Positions 55,750 to 64,000 of a stretch of 64,000 nucleotides of DNA are shown here, piece by piece. The position numbers and the translations under genes were made by a program. Source of the stretch: a virus. Taxonomy: Duplodnaviria; Caudoviricetes. The DNA is taken from the IMG/VR virus record IMGVR_UViG_3300017784_005363, positions 1-64,000 of that record; one strand, written 5' to 3'. Numbering within the stretch: position 1 is the stretch's first letter; every line of letters begins with the position of its first letter. The notes below the pieces were generated by a model. The model did not search any database. It was given only the letters and a program-made list of their open reading frames with translations, and was not told the origin of the DNA.

Positions 55750-56082
55750 TTATTCACTATGTTCTATCATATGACAATTAGCACATAATATTTCAAGATT
55801 TTCTCTTTTATTATTATCTCTATTCCTATCTATATGATGAACTTGAAGTGCTTTTATATTTTCAAAACCACATTTTTCACAAACAGAATCTTCTTTAATT
55901 ATATTTCTATAAGATGCTTTACCTGTTGTATAGTTTGGATGATTTTCACCACTTTTAAATAAACTATTATTTACAGTATTAGAACAACTTCTTGAACAAT
56001 AACAGTTTCCTGTTTTTGACTTTTTTATTTGTGCTGGAGACCTATTAATCTCTTCACCACAATTTGCACAATTTACTTTCAT
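55750..56082 (-). CDS. Free-standing HNH homing endonuclease (110 aa; start corrected to ATG 56082)
   Basis: CANC...CSRSC zinc ribbon, GENHPNY, and CEKC...VHHIDRNRDNNKRENLEILCANCHMIEH HNH motif. Confidence 0.88.
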   Translation of the reverse strand: MKVNCANCGEEINRSPAQIKKSKTGNCYCSRSCSNTVNNSLFKSGENHPNYTTGKASYRNIIKEDSVCEKCGFENIKALQVHHIDRNRDNNKRENLEILCANCHMIEHSE

Positions 56083-56086
56083 ATTA

Positions 56087-56117
56087 CAAATGTACAAACT
56101 TATATTGGGAATACCAA
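56087..56117 (-). promoter_or_regulatory. Complete Bacteroidota promoter of the HNH cassette
   Basis: TTTG (56117-56114), 19-nt spacer, TACATTTG (56094-56087), then TAAT-ATG. Confidence 0.75.
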
Positions 56118-56125
56118 AACTTTTT

Positions 56126-56163
56126 TCCCAAAGCAGACCTTCTACCAATTGAAATACATCCCT
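56126..56163 (-). pseudogene. 5' half of tRNA-Pro (TGG), truncated after anticodon-loop position 38
   Basis: AGGGATG-TA-TTTC-AATTGGTA-GAAG-G-TCTGC-TTTGGGA, followed by AAAAA instead of the expected GCAGA; no T arm or 3' acceptor strand nearby. Confidence 0.8.
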
Positions 56164-56200
56164 AAATAAAAAAATCCCTCTATTATTAGTAGAGGGATTT
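56164..56200 (-). terminator. Intrinsic terminator downstream of groEL
   Basis: 10-bp stem AAATCCCTCT-ACTAATAAT-AGAGGGATTT followed by TTTTATTT on the minus strand. Confidence 0.85.
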
Positions 56201-56222
56201 GATTTGTTTTTAATTTATTTGA

Positions 56223-56297
56223 CTAAATTCCATCATAATCTTCCCTCAATGTAAATTGTGGTTCTTGAAATAATGGATAGCTGAATAAATTTTTCAT
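56223..56297 (-). CDS. Possible mini-protein (24 aa)
   Basis: MKNLFSYPLFQEPQFTLREDYDGI, preceded by TACATTTG (56324-56317) and followed by the terminator. Confidence 0.35.
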   Translation of the reverse strand: MKNLFSYPLFQEPQFTLREDYDGI

Positions 56298-56349
56298 ATT
56301 GGATTGATTTATACTGCAAATGTAAACAAAATATTTACATAAACAAATT

Positions 56350-57978
<1,629 letters not shown>

Positions 57979-57981
57979 TTA

Positions 57982-58416
57982 TTAATCAAAAAGTCCATAT
58001 CCAATTGTTATATTTAATGTATCAACTGGGTTGTTAATCACATTATATTCTAAATCAGGTAATGATAATTTTACAAAACTCATAAATAAAATTACTAATT
58101 CATCCACATATAAATCATGAAATCTTAAAATACCATGTGCTTCTAAAATAGTATTTGCTAATTCAGAAACTTCACTACTTTGATATTCTACACAAATATT
58201 TCTATCGTCATATTCATCATCTTCCCAAGAAATTTTATGTCCATCTACTATAATATCACTATTTGAAGTAAATGTTAATCCAGTTAATAAACAAGATTTT
58301 TCATAAGCTTCTTTTACTTCTTCTTTTGTTTTATTACATTCAATAGTTGTATAATCACATTTACCATGCCCATCATCTGATGGGTCTCCTACTGGTATTC
58401 TAAATATATTTTTCAT
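57982..58416 (-). CDS. Hypothetical protein between groES and groEL (144 aa)
   Basis: Acidic ORF with an N-terminal GDPSDDGHGKCD motif. Confidence 0.8.
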   Translation of the reverse strand: MKNIFRIPVGDPSDDGHGKCDYTTIECNKTKEEVKEAYEKSCLLTGLTFTSNSDIIVDGHKISWEDDEYDDRNICVEYQSSEVSELANTILEAHGILRFHDLYVDELVILFMSFVKLSLPDLEYNVINNPVDTLNITIGYGLFD

Positions 58417-58418
58417 AA

Positions 58419-58694
58419 TTATTTATTTACTATCATAAAAATGTCTTCTTGTCTCATTAAAAGATAATCTTTACCTTCTAATTTAACTTCTATTCCAGAA
58501 TACTTTCCAAATAATACTAAATTATCTGATTTAAGCTTCATTTCTACATCTTTCTTTCCTGGTCCAACTGCTACTACTCTTCCTTTCATAGGTTTTTCTT
58601 TGGCAGTATCAGGAATAATAATTCCTGATGCAGTAACTGTTTCTGTAATAGTTTCAATTAAAACTCTGTCTTCTAATAATTCAATTCCTTCCAT
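58419..58694 (-). CDS. groES: Co-chaperonin GroES (91 aa)
   Basis: LEDRVLI, TASGIIIPDTAKEKP mobile loop, GRVVAVGPG, VLFGKYSGIEV and LLMRQEDI. Confidence 0.96.
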   Translation of the reverse strand: MEGIELLEDRVLIETITETVTASGIIIPDTAKEKPMKGRVVAVGPGKKDVEMKLKSDNLVLFGKYSGIEVKLEGKDYLLMRQEDIFMIVNK

Positions 58695-58737
58695 GTTTTC
58701 TTGTTTTTAAGGGATGTATAAATTTGTTGGGTGCTCA

Positions 58738-59487
58738 TTATTTTGCAATTTGAAAACCTATATATCCACCTAATATAAAACTAGCTGGAACTAAGATTTT
58801 TGTTAATACACTTTTTGTTTTTAATTTAGATACTTGCTTTTCAAGATTGTTGATATTATCTTCAGCTGAAGCATTTAAATCTTTGTTCAATTTAACATCC
58901 TGTTCTGCTGACATTAATTTGGTATTAATATCTTGTTTATCTTTCTCTAAATTAGTGATTAAGTATTGTTGATTATCAATTATTTTATCTTTCAAAGGTA
59001 ATACTTCTTTTACTCTATCACCTTCTTCTAATTCATAACTAACATCATAAGCTGTAAACTCAGCTAATCCAACTTTATCTTCTACAACTTTATTCTCTTT
59101 AGTTTTATACCTTTCATTGAAATATTTAGTTAAACCAATTACATCTTTAGGGACATTGATTGGTTTAGATTTGATTTTTTCAATATTTGATATGACTTTT
59201 TTGGTATCTGCAACAAGCTCTTTGTTTTCAGTTTCCCTTCTTTTGATTTCACTATTAAGAGAATCTTTTTCTCTTTTTCTGGTTTCTTCAAATACTTTAA
59301 CACCATCTTTTTGTTTTAAATAATCTTTTTCTAAGATATTATACTCACCTTTTAGTCTATTATACTTTTGACTATTACAAGTAAGTAATCCCATCATAAT
59401 AAAACCAAAAATTACTATTACAGCTATATAAACTTTTTTTAATTTTTTTATGTCTTCTTTGAAGACTAATCTTTCTTGTTCTGTCAT
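58738..59487 (-). CDS. Membrane-anchored coiled-coil protein, spanin-like candidate (249 aa)
   Basis: N-terminal TM (VYIAVIVIFGFIMMGLL), long coiled coil, and a C-terminal hydrophobic tail. Confidence 0.55.
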   Translation of the reverse strand: MTEQERLVFKEDIKKLKKVYIAVIVIFGFIMMGLLTCNSQKYNRLKGEYNILEKDYLKQKDGVKVFEETRKREKDSLNSEIKRRETENKELVADTKKVISNIEKIKSKPINVPKDVIGLTKYFNERYKTKENKVVEDKVGLAEFTAYDVSYELEEGDRVKEVLPLKDKIIDNQQYLITNLEKDKQDINTKLMSAEQDVKLNKDLNASAEDNINNLEKQVSKLKTKSVLTKILVPASFILGGYIGFQIAK

Positions 59488-59510
59488 AATATTAGATTTT
59501 AAAGAGAGGA

Positions 59511-59750
59511 CTAATTGTCCTCTCTATCTGCAAATTTATCAATTTGCTCATTAGTAAATGTGTTAGAAAAGTCAACTGTAAAACCATTTCTATCAATAAG
59601 AGTGATAATTTTACTGTTAAAATCAACTTTAATTTGATTTCCTTTTTTGTTTACATAATACTTTTTTTCAGTATCAGTTTCTTTAAATTGAAATCCCATC
59701 ATTGTAATATAATCTGCAAATGCTTTATTTGCTTCAAAAAATTTAGCCAT
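59511..59750 (-). CDS. Hypothetical protein (79 aa)
   Basis: ORF in the minus-strand operon. Confidence 0.7.
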   Translation of the reverse strand: MAKFFEANKAFADYITMMGFQFKETDTEKKYYVNKKGNQIKVDFNSKIITLIDRNGFTVDFSNTFTNEQIDKFADREDN

Positions 59751-59786
59751 AATAATATGATATTATTAATTAATAATTAAAAAAAC

Positions 59787-60308
59787 TTATTTTATATCAG
59801 TAGTACCAGTACTCCCAAATCCTCCAGAACCTCTATCAGTTATAGATGCTTCTTCAGTATTCTCAATAACTAATTTTGGTGCAAAAGATGATACTAATTG
59901 AGCTATTTTTTCTCCTTTAGTAACTTGATTTAAGAATGGTGTAGAATTATAAATAATAACTCCAACTTCACCTCTATAATCAGAATCTACTGTACCAGGA
60001 GAATTAGCAACTAATAATCCTCTTTTTAAAGAAACTCCACTTCTACTTCTTACTTGAAGTTCAAATCCTTGTGCTAATTCAGCAACAGTTAAGCCAGTTC
60101 CAAAAAGAATTCTTTCAAAAGGTCTTAATTTAATATAACCTCTTTCTCTAAATCCTTCTTTCATTTTTTCAAACTTTTCACCAGTAATTTCTACATCACC
60201 TTTGTAAGCTTTAATAATTGAATTGGCAGTAACATCCATTCCTGCTGAACCTTCTGTTTCATATTTAGGTAAATTAATACCTTCTTCTAGTTTGAATCTT
60301 ACTAACAT
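59787..60308 (-). CDS. dut: Trimeric dUTPase (173 aa)
   Basis: All five motifs: SAGMDV, RSRSGVS, NSPGTVDSDYRGEV, KIAQLV and RGSGGFGSTG. Confidence 0.96.
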   Translation of the reverse strand: MLVRFKLEEGINLPKYETEGSAGMDVTANSIIKAYKGDVEITGEKFEKMKEGFRERGYIKLRPFERILFGTGLTVAELAQGFELQVRSRSGVSLKRGLLVANSPGTVDSDYRGEVGVIIYNSTPFLNQVTKGEKIAQLVSSFAPKLVIENTEEASITDRGSGGFGSTGTTDIK

Positions 60309-60372
60309 TTATTTTTTTGTTTTATGTATAGACTATAAATCCAACAAGTTGTTCCTAAATAACTATACATGA

Positions 60373-61255
60373 TTAATTAAAATTTATTTCACAAGCTCCA
60401 CCTGAACAACTAGCTCCAGACATTTCATCTGCTTGTAGATACTTTTCAGTATAATTAATTTTTGTAAAATCAACTGGTTTGTTTTTCAATACTCTGTTTA
60501 TTTTTACCCATTTATGATATAAATGAATATCTTTTAAACAATCAATTGCTTTTATTGCATTACCTTTAAAGTAATTTTTAGCAAATTTCTTGATTCTTGC
60601 AATAATATCTTTCTTTACCATTACAGTGATTCTATCTCCAGTTAACTTGAAATCTCTGTCAGTAACAGCAGAACAAGCATCCCATAAATCATCACCAAAA
60701 CAATGTAAAGCATCAACTATTAAACCAGAAGCAAATACTGTAGCATTATCATATTTAGAAATTAATTGTTCTAAAGTTAGAACTTCTACAAATGGAGATT
60801 GCTTATAGACTTTATCTCCTGAATCAGATAAGAAAGAAAGACCACAGAAGTATTCTTTATTTTCAAATATATAATCAAAAGTTTTATCCCAATCTTTTAC
60901 AGATACAGTGTTACTTACATTATGTGTAATTGTCTTACTATAACCTAAGTCTTTATTTGTCCCAGGTAATACCCAATACTTATAAACAGTCTGTACTGCT
61001 TTAAGAAAATCAATTTCATCTACTTGAGATTTTACTACAGTTTCTGCTGTTTCTTCCATAGGAATAAAACATGCATAATCTGAGTTAGTTGGACTCCAAA
61101 CTCCTTCTTCTAATAATTCAGGATAATTTTCATTAAGATACTTTGCCATTGGTGTATCTTTATTCAATTGTACAGTTCTAAAATATTTATGAGCATGTGC
61201 AGGGTGAATTCCTGAAGCTGTCTTTGCCAATACTGAAGCATTACCTGATGGTTTT
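60373..61255 (-). CDS. nrdJ: Class II ribonucleotide reductase, exon 2
   Basis: Starts A-AAA-CCA-TCA-GGT (KPSGNASVLAKTASGIHP) directly after the intron's terminal G; ends ASCSGGACEINF. Confidence 0.88.
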
Positions 61256-62080
61256 CATTTATATTCACTTAACTTCGTTAATTGTTAAGTCGTTTTTTAA
61301 TCTATAATAATGAGTAGTAGAAATTCCAAATTGTTTTTTAGCTTCTTTATGAGTAAGATGTTTCATATCTTCCCATTTATAAGTTTTTTGAGTTTCCCAA
61401 TATTCTTTTGAAACTTTTTTAAACAATTCTTTATTTTCTTTTGTATGTATTATACCTAATGCAGGTTTTCTGTTTTTTCTTTTAATAGATAATTTTCTTT
61501 TCCATTCTTCTATATTTGAAACAACAAATCCTCCATTACCTCCTTTTGCCATATTATAATATCCTATTTCTTTAATAGTATTTATCTCTGCTTTTTCACA
61601 AGATTTTCTATCTTTAAAATTTTCTATTAATAATATCTCAAAATTATTAATTCCATAACTTCTCATTGCATCATATAAAATAGTTTTCTTTTTCAAATTA
61701 TTTACACAATTTTTATGTTGTGAAAATCTTTTTTCTAAAGTTTGTTTAGTCATACCAATATAGATATGATTATTAATTTTATTTACTATTTTATATAATT
61801 TATACATTATTTACTGCTTTAGTTTTCACTAAAGATTGGACTATATCATCATCTTATTTTTAATATAAGATGGAATGCACTTCCACTCACTTGAGTGTAC
61901 TCCCTCCCCAGGGATAGTCTCTGAACCTTTAATTTGCAAATATAATAAGAAATAATAATATTTCCTAATGGTTTTACAAAAAACTTGGCTGCTGATTGGC
62001 ATGGGAATTAAATCCTTTAGCTTTCCAGCAATTCACATTCTTATCACTTAATTATTACTAATTAAGGGTGCAAACACTTT
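61256..62080 (-). mobile_element. Group I intron, subgroup IA2-like (825 nt), carrying a homing endonuclease
   Basis: P1 GUGU/GCAC with a U-G pair at the splice site; P AAUUGCUGGAAA, Q AAUCAGCAG, R GUUCAGAGACUA, S GAUAUAGUCC; P3, P7, P7.1/P7.2, P8 and P9 all pair; terminal G at 61256. Removal restores TCVKPSG. Confidence 0.93.
61265..61807 (-). CDS. Intron-encoded GIY-YIG homing endonuclease (180 aa)
   Basis: KLYKIVNKINNHIYIGMT...RFSQH, conserved E in KAE, YNMAKGG, and a NUMOD3-like HTKENK region. Confidence 0.9.
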   Translation of the reverse strand: MYKLYKIVNKINNHIYIGMTKQTLEKRFSQHKNCVNNLKKKTILYDAMRSYGINNFEILLIENFKDRKSCEKAEINTIKEIGYYNMAKGGNGGFVVSNIEEWKRKLSIKRKNRKPALGIIHTKENKELFKKVSKEYWETQKTYKWEDMKHLTHKEAKKQFGISTTHYYRLKNDLTINEVK

Positions 62081-63393
62081 ACACAGGTAGTTCTTGCTGA
62101 TTGATTAATACCAATTAAATCTGCAATAAGTTTATTGTAATGTTTTACAATTTCAGCTCCTCTTGTAAGAACTTTTGGACTTAATAATACTTCTGGATTA
62201 TTCATAATACCTGTAATAGATACTCCTAATAAAGCTTCCCATCTTACTAATTCTTCAGTTTCTGGTCCAAGAAATGAGAAATCTGTATAACTTGCTTGAA
62301 AAGTTCCTATAATTGCTGCATTTTTACATGCTATATAGAATCTTTCAGGTGTTGTACATTTAGACCCAATAATTTCATTAAGATTACAGAATGACCAACA
62401 TGATTTTCCTGTTCTTGGATTTCTTGGTATAAAACCAATTTCCACACAAGGATTACACATCATATCAATATCATCTACTAATAGTATTCCTGGTTCACCA
62501 AATTCCATGATAAACTTCTTGTAATTATCAAGTTCTTCTTTTGTCAGAGAACCTTTTAATATTTTAGCAGAGTTGTTAGCTCTACCTCTCCAAGGTGTAT
62601 CAATAAACCAATTTCCTGTTTTACAAGATAACATTAATGTATCATCTTTATCAAACAATGAAATTAATGCACTTCTTCTTACTCCACCAGATAAAACTGC
62701 ATCAGATAATATACATATAATATCATGACAGTCTAATGAAGTCAATGTGTAATCACTCTCTTGAACTTTACTTTGAAGTAATTTTCTAATAAGTTCATGA
62801 GATTTTTTTAATCCTTCAGGACCAGGAGCTAAAAATTCACCTGCAATTAATGTACCTCTTTCTCTGATTTGAGAATAGTCAAAGACAATTCTATTTTGTC
62901 CAGTGAAATAAGATGTCATTAAAGCATCAATTGAATTTGCCCAACCTTCTATACTATCTTCAACAACATGTAGAGTTGATTCTCCTGTAAGGTATTTTAA
63001 TTTAGGCATTTTTTCTATAAATCTGTTTTCTACAGAAAATCCTACACCAGCTCCACATAATAGAACCCACATAATCTCTTTAAATACTTCTGGTCTATCT
63101 ACATAAGTAACAGAACAATTGTATAATTTAGCATTATGTTTACTAATACTTCTTTCTCTGAATTGTAAATTTCTTTGAGAAGCTAATATTTCTTGGTTTA
63201 TGTAAGCTTGTTGTGCATCATTAAAATAAGGTTCAATTTCTTTCCAATTAGGAAGAATACTAAACTTATTATAATGCATTTTCATTACATCTTCACAGGC
63301 TTCTTGCCATGTTTCTAATCTACTTTCTGCTTTGTTATACTTTGCATAAGATTCATTAAATTTTAAGTTAGATACTAAGTCTTTACCAATCAT
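62081..63393 (-). CDS. nrdJ: Class II (AdoCbl-dependent, monomeric RTPR-like) ribonucleotide reductase, exon 1; spliced product 731 aa
   Basis: YNCS, GAGVGFS, SGGVRRSA, GEPG, CNPCVEI, CNLNE and ARTTCV. Exons of 1313 + 883 nt give 732 codons in frame. Confidence 0.88.
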
Positions 63394-63569
63394 TATTTAT
63401 TCATTTTAAATAGTTCAAAAAACTCTCTACTATAAGTGTTATAATTACTCTTTATAGTATAAAAAACTAAAAAACTTTTATAACAATCAGTTTCAACTGT
63501 CTCTATCCTGGGTTTGAATTTTATCTCTAATACCACAGATATTAGGATAATTAATAATATGTATTCCAT
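63393..63569 (-). CDS. Small membrane-anchored protein (58 aa), missing from the ORF track
   Basis: MEYILLIILISVVLEIKFKPRIETVETDCYK...FKMNK; its TAA overlaps the nrdJ ATG (TAATG); TAAATTTG box upstream at 63597-63590. Confidence 0.6.
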   Translation of the reverse strand: MEYILLIILISVVLEIKFKPRIETVETDCYKSFLVFYTIKSNYNTYSREFFELFKMNK

Positions 63570-63609
63570 ATTTTTTATTTTGAGGGGTACAAATTTACCA
63601 CAAAACTCT

Positions 63610-64000
63610 TTATAAAACTAACTTATTGTCAACAATAAATCTATAAGGAATAAAACCTTTTAAATTAGTACACCAACCAAATCCTTTATTTTGCATACTT
63701 GTGTCAGTATAGATATTAAATTCATCTTGGTCAGTAATACTACTTTCTCCTCTAAAGTAAGAGTAATATTCTGTATTATCCATAGCTCTTGCAGTATGCT
63801 CAAAAGGTGAACTATGTGGAGGGTCTTGAGTCAACAATCTATCATGCAAAGCAATCATAGCTTCATAATCAACTTTTGTTTCTCCAGCTACAACTGTATA
63901 AGAAGTTCTAGCTGCCATAGCTACTGAAATTTCTATCTTAGCTTTATTTGCAGCATAATACATAGTATCAAAATCTCCAGTTTCAATGATTGAAGGTAAT
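63610..64000 (-). CDS. thyX: Flavin-dependent thymidylate synthase ThyX-like, C-terminal part (5' end outside the window)
   Basis: Frame is open to the window edge; MAARTSY and HDRLL...HSSPFEH motifs; sits next to nrdJ and dut. Confidence 0.75.
   Translation of the reverse strand, partial: LPSIIETGDFDTMYYAANKAKIEISVAMAARTSYTVVAGETKVDYEAMIALHDRLLTQDPPHSSPFEHTARAMDNTEYYSYFRGESSITDQDEFNIYTDTSMQNKGFGWCTNLKGFIPYRFIVDNKLVL

Noticed and set aside
58700-58740. CATCCCT on the minus strand between the spanin-like gene and groES, complementary to the tRNA-Pro half's acceptor strand
   Set aside because: No GCAGA anticodon-stem strand and no T arm precede it, so it is not the missing 3' half. The + strand TAAATTTG here is also treated as chance.
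60305-60373. 22-codon ORF between nrdJ and dut
   Set aside because: Too short, overlaps the dut start in another frame, and has no supporting signal.
60373-63393. Two separate RNR genes, or an intein or frameshift
   Set aside because: A complete group I intron core and exact in-frame exon joining explain the split. No intein motifs were seen here or in TerL.

Overview
The whole window is an AT-rich segment of a crAss-like (Crassvirales-type) podovirus genome, read in the standard genetic code. The host is probably in Bacteroidota: there are repeated TAnnTTTG -7 promoter boxes, A-rich leaders without Shine-Dalgarno sites, and Bacteroidota-like GroES/GroEL. There are three blocks. (1) 1-2806, minus strand: small putative early genes, each preceded by one of two repeated upstream motifs. 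(2) 3254-55056, plus strand: the virion operon, with GH108 endolysin, TerL, portal, scaffold-like protein, major capsid protein, ring/fibre proteins, a phosphoesterase plus PD-(D/E)xK insert, muzzle/tail-stabilisation protein, and cargo proteins including a 4546-aa virion RNA polymerase. (3) 55123-64000, minus strand: four intact tRNAs, a tRNA-Pro broken at its anticodon loop by an HNH cassette, a stand-alone LigA domain-Ia-like protein, groEL and groES separated by an unknown gene, a spanin-like gene, dUTPase, a class II ribonucleotide reductase split by a group IA2 intron carrying a GIY-YIG endonuclease, and a partial ThyX. The most unusual observations are the tRNA-Pro/HNH/ligase-Ia cluster, the 27-bp repeat that may be the virion-RNAP promoter, a promoter-to-terminator candidate sRNA at the divergence point, a vWA/MIDAS insert in the muzzle, and CxxC arrays in structural proteins. 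All family calls come from motifs recognised by eye; no database search was run.
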